A DNA stretch of 63,999 bases, the filler included, from Lenisia limosa (taxonomy: Eukaryota; Protista; Breviatea): assembly GCA_001655205.1 (NCBI GenBank). It is 12 parts of 12 records of this genome, joined end to end, with 100 filler letters (N's around TTAATTAATTAA, not from the genome) between each part and the next. Parts side by side here need not be neighbours in the genome. Positions count along the whole stretch, not along the records: positions 1 to 11,011 come from LPNZ01002610.1; positions 11,112 to 21,273 come from LPNZ01006596.1; 10 more parts are not named here. One strand, 5' to 3'. Positions within the stretch are counted from its first letter, which is position 1. Every line of letters starts with the position of its first letter. Positions 1 to 12,189 of the stretch are shown here, piece after piece. Made by a program: the position numbers and the translations under genes. The notes under the pieces are model-generated. The model was not told the DNA's origin, searched no databases, and saw nothing but the letters and a program-made list of their open reading frames with translations.

Positions 1-342
1 TGAAGTGGAGGGGGGGGGGTAAAGAGTGATTATGCACAATGTGATCTTTCACCCTTCCAGGACAATGATATCTTTCGTGGTGTTAACCTTCCAGGACAAT
101 GTTGCCATTGGAGATTACAACCGAGTGTCTAGCACCCCTTTCGAGCCCCAGACCCCTCCCTCTGCCCTGGAGTGATATTATACTATGTTTCATCTGTCTA
201 TGTTCTATTCTTGTTTGTTTTTTCTTTTTCTTATTTTATTATTCTAATGTTACCTTGGTGGAGTGGAATAATTAATGATATCAGAGCAAAATAAACCATA
301 CATTAATGATCAGAGCAAAATAAAATACAAAGGGAAACAGGT

Positions 343-3300
343 CTATCGTCGTGGCCGGGAGCTGAAGTCCACGTCGGAAGGGCCGTCGGAGCTCCAACGG
401 TCAATGGTGCTACTTTTGCGGGCTGGTCGGTAGTCATCGTCATCCTCAACTTCGAACGCGGTACTGCGCCCTAATGTGTCAAACCACGCATTGCTTCCCA
501 GCATGAAACAGTATTATTTATAATTATATTACAAAAGATACCAACACACCTCTTGACCTTCCTAATCGGGAAGAAAGGCGGGATGAGTACCTATCTTCCA
601 AAGATTGACGCTCTAAAAGATCACACTTATCGAGTTTAACAAAAGCATAGTATCATATAATCTTGAAATGGGAAATGATAATGAGCGTATCTTGTCAATT
701 GTGCGAAAACCCACCCTTCTTATATTCGTCTCGCAGTGGACGGCTTGTCAGGCGGTCCCTTGGCGTTTTGACTTCTCTTCGAGCAGCCGTTTTGGCGTCG
801 GACGAACTAGCCATTGTGGCAATGGAGAGGAGGTGCATGGGGGTTCGTGGCGACTTGCCCTTGTGTGAGTGTGGAGTTGTGGGGTTGGAAAGTAGAGGTT
901 TGGATGGAGTTGTGGCAATAAGGGGCTTTTTGAATTCTGCTTCTTTAAGCTTCTTCTTTTCTTCTTCAAGTCTCTTCTTCTCTTTCTCAATATCTGATTT
1001 GGTCTCTTCCAGCTTTTTTCGCTCTTCTTCAAGTTTTCGATTTTCGATTTTTTGTTTTTCCTCCGCTTCTTTCTTCTCTTTGGTCTCCTCCTCTTCCTCT
1101 ACAATTATTTTCTTTGGGCAGTATTCCTCTGGATTATCATCATTCTCAAAGCTGATCAAAGCGGATGCCTTCAGCCGGGACTCTCTCAATGTCTTGGCTT
1201 CCTTTCTTCGCAGCTTCTTCTTTTTCTTTTCTTCACCTTCAGGGTTAGCCAACTTGTCATCTTCCTTCTGGCGGTCCTCTATTGACCGTTTTGGTGGTCT
1301 TCTTTCATCATTCTTACCATTAGAGTCCTCAGACCTCCTACTTCTCCTTCCTTCTTCTTCAGGTCTCCTTGTACTTCTTTTATCCCTCCTGCCACTCTCT
1401 TCTAATTTGCGCTCACTTCTTCCCCCCTTATCATGCCTTGCTGAACTTCTATCATCATCATATTTGGAAGATCTTCTCTCTTCCTCATATCGACTTGAAT
1501 TTCTTCGTGCGTCATACTCCGAAACGCTTCTACTACTTTCTCTGAAACTTTCTTTTTCTCTATGGTCATGCTTGTCGTAAATGGACCTCTCCATCTTCTT
1601 GGAACTCCTCTCTTCATCCCTTCGCCTGCTGTCATCGTATGTACTGCGACTGTGTCTGCTTCTTCTTCCCTCCTCCTCATATCCACTCTTACTGTGCTTC
1701 TTCTTACCGTCTTCCATAATGGGGTTATAACGACGGTCCTTGTCCTTTACGCTTCTTTCAGACTTGGAGTAACTGTCACTGTGTTTGGAAGATTGACGTT
1801 CTTCCTCGGCCTTTCTTTCGCTCATCTTCTTCTCCTGTACTTCCTGTGGGACTGTTAAGTCATCCAAAGTCAATTCACTATCAGCAGTCTCGTCTTCCTT
1901 CACCTTCTCTCCCACCTTCTCATTCATCTCTTCTTCCTTCTCTTCCACCTTCTCCTTCATCTCTCCTTCCTTCTCTTCAACTGTATCTAGAGCATTATCA
2001 TTTTCTTGCTTATCTTGCATCTCTTCTTCTTTTACAATCACACTGTGTACTTCCTCTTCTTTGTCTTCTTTTTCCACTTTACCTTCTTCCTTTTTCTCTT
2101 CCACAAAATCTTCACTTTCTTTCTCTTCAATCAGTTCTTCAACAGTTTTTTCTTCTGCTTGAATGCTTTGAGCTTCCTTTTCAAGTTGCTCATCTTCTGG
2201 TACCATTTGTTCGGTTTCTCCTTTCTCCTTTCTCCTTGTCTCTTCTTTTGCTTCTCGCTTCTCCTTCCTTTCTTCCTTCTTTCTTTTCCTTCGTTCCTCC
2301 TTATCTTCTCTGTGCTCTGACTCTCTGCCATATACTGAGTCATCATATCTGTCATCTCTTTTACTGTACGTGTCCTTTCTCCCAGATTTAGCGGTCTAAT
2401 AAAGTAAGAAAGGGAGCAATCTGTAGACAAGAGGATTACATTCTCCAGGAGGCGCTCAGTCAGTTGATCAAGGCGATACCTACCTTCGGGGTGAGGCGGT
2501 CATCACGCACGGTGTCTTCATAGTAGCGGTCTGCCTTCTCCTGAAGGGCAAATGAGACAACGAACATTCACTACAAATATAGATTATATGACATTTACTG
2601 TTTACCGATTTTGAAGAAGAGAGAGACACATGATAACCTGATTTGAAGCCGCGAGATGAAGTGCCTAGTATTGTCAGAGTTGTTAGTATGGACCGAGACA
2701 AAAGGGCTAGCGGCAGACCAGATGGCATAAGAGCCTTTGAGCTGGGGCTTTTTGAGCGAGATCGACGCACTGATGCTGAGAGGGTGAGAGAGAAGGGTGG
2801 GGGAAGGGGCGTATACCAACAAAACAAGAAATGATATATCATCACCCATTCCAACATGAGTTCGGCAGGGGAGGGGACTGGCGTTTGGAAGATGAAACTA
2901 AACAATGAGAGAAAACACAATTGCTCAAAGAACAAAAACAGAAATCCAACAACAACATTGAACCACCCTCACGAGTGGAATCTTCCATCTTGCCTTGTGG
3001 TTTACGAGCAGCGTCTGACTAAAAGTGTAAAAAAAAAATACGACGACTCATCAATTTGTTTGGATCCAATTTCACTCCAACTATTAAAATAAATATGCAG
3101 TCTGTGANNNNNNNNNNNNNNNNNNNNNNNNNNNNNNNNNNNNNNNNNNNNNNNNNNNNNNNNNNNNNNNNNNNNNNNNNNNNNNNNNNNNNNNNNNNNN
3201 NNNNNNNNNNNNNNNNNNNNNNNNNNNNNNNNGAGTAGTTGTCACTAGTACGCTTGAGAAGATTATAGAGCACTGTCTCTGGGGTGGGTATATGGCTGGC

Positions 3301-5279
3301 ACTAGAAAGCGGTCGAATGTGACTGGGGATGTCCACGTAATTGATAGCAATGTACGGTTTAAGACCGAGAGCGCCAGAAATCAAGGGGTCACCAAGGGGC
3401 ACTATTCTACCGTTCGACATGTGGAACCTAATGCAACCTGGCTTCTGGAATTGTCAATAAAATAGGCGTGTAAGGCCAAGTACCCATTTAGAGAGAATCT
3501 CAAAACAAATGCGATAATAGAACATCAAAAAAGGCGGCAAACCTGGGATGGAGGAGAAAGACTGTCCCGTTTCTTAGGCCGGATGAAATCGATCGACAGT
3601 TTCCTCTTGTCTATGGCTGTGTCATGAAGAAGTCGTCTTACACGACTGGCTGCTGTGTGTGTCTTCATTTCAACATCTGCTTTACTAAAAGCGTCACGAG
3701 AACTGAAAAAAAAAAAAATGAATGTAATCAAACAACACTTTATCAAACAGGCAGGTATGCCATGAAGACCCACCCGAGAGACTTGCCCGAAACCGGGTCG
3801 GCATAGATGTAGAGACTGTGGATGCGACCGTATTGGCTCACAGCGGCTCGGATCTCCTTTTCTTTCACCCACTACATCATGAGCACTTTTCAACACCATA
3901 CATATAGTACAGGTATACAGTATATATTATATGTATACTTACGAGGAGTTCAGATAACATATTACTACATTTACTTCATATTATATCATATGTTGTTCCA
4001 GGTATGAGACCATCTGACTGACTTTCGAGTCGAAATTGTGAACCCAGATATCAGAGTATTTGTCGGTCAATTGACATACCAGACGATATGAGGTCATATA
4101 GCTGAGTGGAAAATGATAGTTCACGAGTGTGAAAATGACCCAAAAGGTGATATGACGTGACCCCCCTTCCCCCCAACCCATTCGAAGCCATCAACCGAAA
4201 TACGGGTTGGCCTGTCGTACGTGTTTCCATCCAAGAATTCCTCATCACTATGGCACGGTGGCGAGGGGGCGTCGTCGTCGTGTCCAATGTCCTCGATATC
4301 GGACAGGTTCCCTTCGGGTCCCTCGGGCATCAGGTCTTCCAGGGGGACTAGGCTGTCAAGAGTCCTTCCAATTATCGTACAAATAAACAGCATTTCAATG
4401 TTGAGGGGATGGTCGTACAAATAAACAGCATTTCAATGTGAGGGGATGGTCGCACAAATATATACCAATGTTAGGCGTGGTAAAAGAGGGCTACAAAAAC
4501 GGAAGAGCAAAGGGAAGCAACAATCATTTTTAAATACTCTGGGTTGGTGCTGAAATACGATGATAAGATGAACATTCATAAAATTTTTACTGCTGCTTTC
4601 ATCCAAAAGAAAAACTGCCTGTATAGCCCAGAAATAAGAGCCAGCTACAATATGCAATACTGTTCACTCAACATGAAGCTAGCAAATTTGCTAACTGTTG
4701 AAATGTTCCATGTAACCTCTCTCTGATAGGAGGCATAAAACACATCACAAGGGATACATTGAGAGACATGACAGATTGGCCGTCCCTTATACTTGGTCCA
4801 TCCAAAGCAGGTTCATCGTCTGAGTCGTCCTTGGCAACCGGAATAATGATGCCGTCGTCCTCGTGGTCTTCCATCTCAGGCTCAACTACAATGTTAGGGG
4901 GTCGTTACTTCATCAACGACTCACAAAACAAACTTATCCTACCATCAACAAGATGCGATAGATTCAAATCCTGAAGGGTAAGACTTCAAAGGCAAAGAAA
5001 AATGATAAACGTTCAAGAGAACCCACATCATCCTTGAGGGCACCATCGTAGAGTCCGTCCATCAAATTAACGGGACTGATTGTAGAATTATCAACTATAT
5101 TGATGTCATCAAGCTCTGGAGAGGGAGGGGAGGCGCCTGATGCAGTATTTATGGGAACGACATTTTTAAGAAACGCTTCTTCCTAGAATAGGGAACAATA
5201 AGAGTCATTTAAACGCAGAAAACAGTACCTCTGATCGTTGAAAGCCATCGATGTCCCCGTAGAGGTCCGACTCGTCCAT
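343..5279 (-). CDS. Spliced RRM-domain protein with acidic N-terminus and very long Arg/Glu/Asp/Ser/Lys mixed-charge C-terminus; CPSF6/CPSF7 (CFIm large subunit)-like
   Basis: ATG at 5279 (MDESDLYGDIDGFQ). Joined exons at ~4000-4090, ~3770-3868 and ~3540-3685 give IWVHNFDSK/WVKEKEIRAAVSQYGRIHSLYIYADPVSGKSRG/KADVEMKTHTAASRVRRLLHDTAIDKRKLSIDFI, an RRM with RNP2- and RNP1-like motifs. Large exon ~713-2396 contains track ORF 695..2206. Last exon ends SSRPRR* (stop 343-345). Internal exon boundaries are approximate and family assignment is from memory. Confidence 0.7.
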
Positions 5280-5576
5280 CTTTGAACTTAAAGCTTAGTA
5301 AATTCCAAAAATGTCCTTAAATACACATTACACTTTGTATTAACAGATCCTGAACAGAAAAAAAAGCTGAAAAAAAGTTCTTCTTGTTTTTGTATACTCC
5401 ACGAAAGGCCCTTTAAGTTGGAATCCTCCCTCCCTGTCCCTCCTCCCTCCAGCCTTCCTCTCCCTCTCCTTGATCTCGTGTTATGCCAATAATCCAATAA
5501 TTAATAGCATTAAAAATAAGCTCCTTGCAGTGTGTAGCTAGTGATTAAAAAGCTGTCCTAGGCATATTACTCAAAT

Positions 5577-7114
5577 ATGGCGTCTTCACTGATACCACTC
5601 AAGACAATTGTTGCTGCCTCTGGTTTAACAAAAAAGAAAAAAGAGGACAATGCCGCTTTTTTAAGACGAATTACCCATCTGAAGCTGTTTGATGGGTTTT
5701 GCTGAAATGTGCTTATTCACACCATATTTCTCACTTTTCCAGGAGTGATAAGGGTTTTTCAAGCTTCGTAGGGGGTGGAGTAAAACTATTAAAGGACCTC
5801 TTCTACAATACTCACGGTCAAATCACTGTTTCTACAATACTCACGGTCAAATCACTGTTTCTACAACACTCACGGTCAAATCACTGTTTCTACAATACTC
5901 ACGGTCAAATCACTGTTTCTACAATACTCACGGTCAAATCACTGTTTCAGGAGGGGCTTGAGGCATGTCCAAGCCTACAGGTCTTGTATTTTTATGGAAA
6001 CGAGTTGACCTCTGTCATGGGGTTGTCACATTGTTTGAGGCTTACGAAGCTCTACGTCTCGTCAAATGAGATTACCAGCCTGGATTCACTCAATGACATG
6101 CCTCTTTTGGAGAAACTGTTCGAGGGGAAACAGAATAACCGCTTCTTACGTTGACTTCTTTCATATTGCAGATTCGCAGAGTCCAACAAACTGACAAGTC
6201 TATCAGGCCTTCATAATTGCCCGAATCTCAAAGATATTAACCTGGCGTCCCAGGTAAGAGGAGGTGGCTAGATTCTTCGTAGAATCTTGATGACCATCTA
6301 GGATGCCTCTCAACATGGCCCGGAAGTGACTTTCACCTTTGATGACTCGACATTGCTGTCTTTGGCGGTGGGGTTTTTCTTCCCAAGGTTTTACCAGGGA
6401 TATTATTAGAGAGTATTCAGTGAAATCTGGAATAATCATTTAATTATGTGTTGCACGGAATCCGACTGTCTTTGAACGTTTTTTTTAACCTTTTTAGCCT
6501 TCATTGCGCAATTTGAATCTTTCCAAGATTTCTCATTTGAAAGACCCTACTCCTCTGAGTCAGTTAACAGTCTGTGGTTGAGTCAACATTTTGACAATGA
6601 AGATGCTCATAACATCAACAATATTTTCCTTTCTGATCCGCTTCCAGGGTTTAGACTCATTGAACTTGTCACGCACGGCATGCCACAGTGTCCAGGTTTG
6701 TTAGTGGCATTTCTCACGCCCTAGTCCATCAGCTCTGTTATCAAATCAATGCCTTTCTTAAGCAGTCTTGATATCCGTGGCACGCCAGCTGCTTCCAAAC
6801 CTAAGGCAAATGTTGCCCTCATTTTGGCTGGTGGCAGTTTAGGTATACACATGGACAGAATTCCCACTTCTGTTTTCTGCATATTGTTTAACTTGATAGT
6901 GGAATTGGACGGGAAAGAAGTGACAGAGAGACAAAGGTCGTTTATGGCGGGNNNNNNNNNNNNNNNNNNNNNNNNNNNNNNNNNNNNNNNNNNNNNNNNN
7001 NNNNNNNNNNNNNNNNNNNNNNCCATCTTTTTATTCTTATTATTCACGGCCCTCAAGAAACTCGATCAAAAAACCAGGCGTCAAACGCTTCATCTCAATC
7101 AGACGGCCGAATAA
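5577..7114 (+). CDS. PPP1R42: Protein phosphatase 1 regulatory subunit 42 (LRRC67/TLRR)-like SDS22-type LRR protein, spliced
   Basis: MASSLIPLKTIVAASGLTKKKKEDNAAFLRRITHLKLF; LRRs EGLEACPSLQVLYFYGNELTSVMGL, LTKLYVSSNEITSLDSL, LFAESNKLTSLSGLHNCPNLKDINLASQ; LRR cap LDIRGTPAASKPKANVALILAGGSL-VELDGKEVTERQRSFM, which parallels remembered PPP1R42 KPKYRDRLIL...LEFLDGKEIKNIERQFL. Confidence 0.8.
5801..5950 (+). repeat. Intronic minisatellite: 5 x 29 bp ending at the 3' splice site
   Basis: Unit TTCTACAATACTCACGGTCAAATCACTGT at 5801, 5830, 5859, 5888 and 5917 (one substitution in total), followed by TTCAG| acceptor of PPP1R42. Confidence 0.95.
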
Positions 7115-7251
7115 ACCTGCCCAGCTTTTGCTGAACCACTATTTATTGCTTTTCTTAATTTGAGTTGATGTGAGCTCTTTAGAATTATTGTATTTTTTCA
7201 ATGGTATTGCCAAGAGGAACGTTCACAATCTATTGAATGAATAAAAAGGAG

Positions 7252-9443
7252 CTACGAAAGAGCCTTTGCAAGAGAGGCGGCATCTGAACAATAAGAAGGG
7301 CAATCCAATAAAAATCAACCCGCTCTCTCCAACATTGCTTGGCGTTTGCTACCATCTGTTTAAGAAGGGTGTCATTAATAGGCGAGCCACCTGTGTAATC
7401 AGTTTTGAGAAAGATTGCCCACCAAACAAATATTGAAACCAGGAAAGAAACCAAACATTACTTTTATGCAGACTACCATCATATCTATTGGGTTGAGATA
7501 CTATATTGTTCAACTGCCCTCACCAGATTTGTCTATTCCCATCAGTTCTCCTGATAACGTGCATGTGACCTAAATGTCATCAATATTTGATATACATCTT
7601 AAAAAGTTCAGCAGAGCAACCTAAGCAAGAGCTTACGTTCACAATTGCGTCAGCGTGTATTGACTCATCTCTACAGGGGTCCGCAAGGATCGTTCTAAAA
7701 GGGATAATAATGATATTTCAACGCTATTAAGTTGACCTGACCTGAATAATCAGCACAGCCCACTAACCCATGAAGGTAGGCGTATTCGGCAAAAATGGGA
7801 GGGGATGTTAAAACACTACTGAGCTTCAGTGCATTGAAAATCTGAAAAGTCAGAACGATGGGACATTACAAGGGCTTCAATACGGTCGGAAAAAGAACAG
7901 TAAAATTGCGATATTTATCGGAGATTTATCGAGAATTTCAGTCATTTTTTGGGTATTACAGAAAATTGCACACACAAAGTATAAATATCCATGTAGTAGA
8001 TGTATTACATGAACATCACAAGACCAAATACCAAAAGTTGGGGGGGGGGGATAAAATATATAATTCAACAAAGCAGTGCATAGAAGCAGCCTGTCATCCT
8101 TCCGTACCTTTGGTTTCACTTCTTTCCTCTCCTCATCGTCTTCTTCACCTGTAAAGGCTTCAACATCATCGTCACAGCGAATGGATAAGTTGTTGAGGAC
8201 CACATCCCCGAGAGGTGTCATTCTAACTGAAGGCAGCTCAGCTAAACAGTCAATCACCTTGAACCAACATCAACCACTAAATGGCAAAACTAGGCCTGGA
8301 ACAAACCATTCTGTAGGGCGGCAGCAAGAGCCAGGCCAACTGCTGTGGCTACACCGCCATCATCGTTCAAAACTGTCAAAGATGCTCGGAGAGTCCACAC
8401 CTTCTCACCGGGCGAGATGCACAGCGATGAAAGGGGGAGGTATGATCTGGGGGNNNNNNNNNNNNNNNNNNNNNNNNNNNNNNNNNNNNNNNNNNNNNNN
8501 NNNNNNNNNNNNNNNNNNAACTCATTTTTAATTTTTTGAGAAATTCAACCAGTAAGAGAAAGGAACCACCAAGAGATAAACAAAAAGAAAACAAAGATTT
8601 TAATATTACAGTAGATCATAAGCTACAGAAGCAGAGTTAATTGTTCACTGAGCAACCCCTCTCCCAACAAGTCATCCAACCTCAAACCTGACGAAGGAGC
8701 TATGGAGGAACTTGGCCATTGCGAGAGCCTCCTGGGACTGACGGCCTCCTTTCCTTGTCGGTGCAGAGAGAGGTGTCAGATCAACAAGGGGAACTATAGA
8801 GTCAGGACAAATGTCGTTTTCATCTTCTTTTTATTCCCACAATAGACCCTCTTGATTTCATAAAACAACTGCGCGCATACTGAAGAAACCCTCATTTGGG
8901 AAGAGCTTGTCTGGTGTGGAAACCTCAGCCATTATACCGCAAACAACCTGGTCCCATTAACAAACAAAAGAATGCCGGAATCTTTGAGAAAGGATGAAGT
9001 CAATATCACTGATAAGGTTCAGTGCGCTAAATGCCACCTAAAACCTTGCGTTCACCACCTACAGTTGTTTCTCCGACTCGGCACATGGCCGAACCAATGG
9101 CCGATGTCACCACTCCTACAGGGTCAAAAGGCCTGCTCCAAGGCTTTGCTGTTGCGATTTGCGATTTGCAAATAATAACTCCATTTAATTGTTCTCATTT
9201 ATATAACACCAAAAATATATCTGTACAATTGGAACTTACAAACTGCATTCACAGGATGGATCAGGAAGGATGCGTGTTACAAACCTTTTGTGACAACAAT
9301 CTCGCGGTGCTTGTAAAGAGATCTGCCATCCGGTCTAACCCCCTAAAAAGTGAAATTTGCTCATTTAAGTACGGGCCAACCTCAGATAAGAAGATTTTGT
9401 AGTAGTCTGATGGGTGCAAGGCTTGCTGTATCTTGGACGACAT
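7252..9443 (-). CDS. EXOSC8: Exosome complex component RRP43 (RNase PH fold), spliced
   Basis: MSSKIQQALHPSDYYKIFLSE/GVRPDGRSLYKHREIVVTK/GVVTSAIGSAMCRVGETT/VVCGIMAEVSTPDKLFPNEGFF ... MIDCLAELPSV ... TILADPCRDESIHAD ... GELMGIDKSG/GSPINDTLLKQMV. The HP-x-DYY-x-x-FL and GVRPDGR start is characteristic of RRP43. Confidence 0.88.
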
Positions 9444-9677
9444 CGCACTTTTACTGTCTCTTTATACAATGCTCTGCTTTATATATATAACACAAACAAA
9501 AAGACAAAAAGAGTGCAAACCACAAAAGTTAACAGGATTTGTGGTACAGATTATACCCCCAAAGTTTTGTTTTTTGTTTGAATTGTTTTGCAGGTTGAAT
9601 TTTAGCGCAGTAATATTGTTTTATTTGTGTTTGTTTTTGGTTAAGTCAGGTTTAAAGGGGAGAGCAGCTTTCCCAAG

Positions 9678-10705
9678 ATGAATACCAATGAGCTTAAGCG
9701 CCCCTCTGAAGAGGATTCCGCTGATTCTAAGCGGCTAAAGGCCGAAATCGATACCCCCACCGAAAAGATCTGCTATCCTCGCCTTGTCATCAATGGCATC
9801 CCTAAGTTTTGGGGCATGAATGAGTCCAAGAAATTCTTAGCAAAGCTTGGAGTTACCTACAAAGTGGGTAGAAAATGGTACATTTGGTTTTTTTTTTTGT
9901 GAATGGTATGCTTACTCTTTCAGCAAGTTCGAAAGGTCCCTAATAAGGACGTTTGCTTCGTTGTTTTTTTGGTGAGTTTATGAAGCATCAGTTTCGTCTG
10001 TTCCATCATTGTAATTTCCAGACACGTGAAGACATGGAGAAAGCCCTGCCCATTATCGAGGGCAGCGAAGCCAGATCGGGGTGCTTCGTTACCGCCAAGG
10101 AGAGCTTTGTGAAATCAATAGAAGAAGTCCAGGTGAGAGCCTACCCCCGTAATTATAGATGTCCAATAGGGTTTGTACCAACAACATAAAAAAAAGAAAA
10201 TCACATTTCAAGTACAAATGTACATATAGTATATATCATGGTAAGGAAGATTTTGTCATCCCACTTTCTTTGATGGGCTCCCCCCTCTCCCTTTTTTTTT
10301 CAAAAGGGGTCTTTTCCTTCCCTTGTGAATTTTAATACCCGGTAGAGCCGAAAGCGTGAGAGAAACGGAGATGAAAGCACAGAGCCCAAGACTGTGAGAG
10401 AAGTCACCGCTGCTTACGCTGAGTATGGGGACTTGGTAGCATTATTGGCAGATATTTTACCCTTGATCATGGTCGAATAGTAGTAAATTGTAAAGAGTTT
10501 AAATGACGGAAATGGGAATTGTCATATCATATAGCTAGGATATGTTTATTGGTGTCCCATTTCATCACTAACACCACAGTAAGCCTTATGAGGAGCAGCT
10601 GATTGTCAAAAGAAACGATGTACAGAAGGCGCTTCAGAAGGCACAGAAAAACATTTCCAAATCCTTCAAACATGCCAAGGTTGAACCTCCTCTCTGGCTC
10701 AAGAG
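9678..10705 (+). CDS. TRMT2A: tRNA (uracil-5-)-methyltransferase TRM2/TRMT2A, 5' portion (N-terminal RRM and start of core); truncated by contig end
   Basis: RLVINGIPKFWGMNESKKFLAKLGVTYK, TREDMEKALPIIEG, KTVREVTAAYA/KPYEEQLIVKRNDVQKALQK..PPLWL, matching the remembered RRM followed by VTPLW-x-x-PY-x-EQL-x-x-K of TRMT2A. No catalytic domain visible before the spacer at 11012. Confidence 0.78.
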
Positions 10706-11011
10706 GTGGGAATCCTGCATACATATCAATTTGTGCATTATATAATTGCATGATATGATATCACACTTCTTTTTAATTTCTCATTTTCACGTTTTTTTTT
10801 CATACCATATGATATATACATGCTTGTATGTAAATAAATATCTTATGTAGTTTATTTTATGGTATCCTTATGTTTTGATTTGCCGGCTCAAAATGGATTC
10901 ATCATCCTCGTGTGTTGTCAGCCAACAGAGTTGATTTTGAGCTTTTTTTTTGTTCCATAATAATTTTTCCAATTTTGTACGCTGGAGTGATAGGATACGG
11001 TGCTGCAGAAG

Positions 11012-11111
11012 NNNNNNNNNNNNNNNNNNNNNNNNNNNNNNNNNNNNNNNNNNNNTTAATTAATTAANNNNNNNNNNNNNNNNNNNNNNNNNNNNNNNNN
11101 NNNNNNNNNNN
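11012..11111. other. Artificial contig-joining spacer (44 N + TTAATTAATTAA + 44 N)
   Basis: The identical 12-mer, with stops in all six frames, occurs at 11056, 21318, 24921, 32053, 34237, 36676, 50261, 53167, 56047, 60102 and 62770. It is always inside N runs, and recognisable genes do not continue across it. Confidence 0.97.
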
Positions 11112-12189
11112 GGGGGGGGGGGCGTTTCAATTGTTGAGATTTATGAGTTGTGGAATTCTGTTACCATTGCTCTTCATCAGCAAAAGAACAACAACAATAA
11201 CAAAAAAACAAAAACTAGACCATAAGTTGGTGTTTATGAGAATATATCAGTTTCTCACCCTCTTAACTGACTATTAGTCGAAACTCAGTTTAATTTTGGG
11301 GGTCCGAAGTTCGTTTTTTTGTTTCTCTCTTGACTTTTTTTTGGTGCTTCCTTATCTTTATGTCACTTTTCAGTATGTATTACAAGTGTACCATAGGGGC
11401 AATACTAGTTGCCGACATCTCTAACTACTCGTCATTTCAAGACCTGTCAAAAGTATGTGGATGATCACAGCGTCTGAGTCGGCTGTTTTACAACTTTTGC
11501 TCATCTGATTAATATGAAAGGAAAATATCACGCCAATATCAAAATATATCTTTGATCTTTGTATACTGTTCAACCACCTGATCTCTTTGATCCAAGTTTT
11601 CAAAAGAGACTATTGATCTCGTCTAACTCCCAAGTGGAAGGCCAATTTAGACTCGCGAGTGATGCTCTCTTCAGGGGCACCAATACCTTGCGTGCTCATG
11701 GTGAATAAGTGCGATTTACCCGGTTTGAGGAGGCTCTTTATTCTAAAGACATGCTATGTACTGATATTCTTTGAGTCATTATTTATGGTAGTTGGATGGG
11801 TAAGTGTTATTGTCCAGAGTTTATGTTAAACGGCACGTCCATTAACCTTCTAGATAAAATTGATTCCAAGATAATTGATCAGTTCTGTGTCACAGAAGGA
11901 ATTGGGAAATGGTGAGACTGGTGGATGTGCTGTATGCACTACATCTATATATATACTATACTCATATGTAAAATATTTATTATGTAGTATATGCATATGC
12001 ATATAATACATGTATATACATGTATATATATCGATATAGAAAAAAATAAAAGTATAGTATTTAAAAAATAATATCTTGAGTACTTGCGTACCTGGATGAT
12101 TTGATTAATTGTTGGACTTACGTTTTGTGATTGTTGTTTGTATTACCTTTCTTCACTGTTTATGGATTTTGTTGGATTACATTCCCATT

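Noticed and set aside
663-2391. Long plus-strand ORFs (663..1580, 1846..2391) rich in Ser/Phe/Leu
   Set aside because: Antisense shadows of the purine-rich charged exon on the minus strand; no independent splice or domain evidence.
343-5279. Fip1 as the identity of the first gene (acidic start with DLYGD)
   Set aside because: No Fip1 motif (PW-x-x-PGAD-x-SDYFNYGF) was found, whereas a clear RRM is present.
5801-5950. 29-bp repeats as a CRISPR array
   Set aside because: The repeats are directly abutting with no spacers, lie in a spliceosomal intron, and no cas genes are present.
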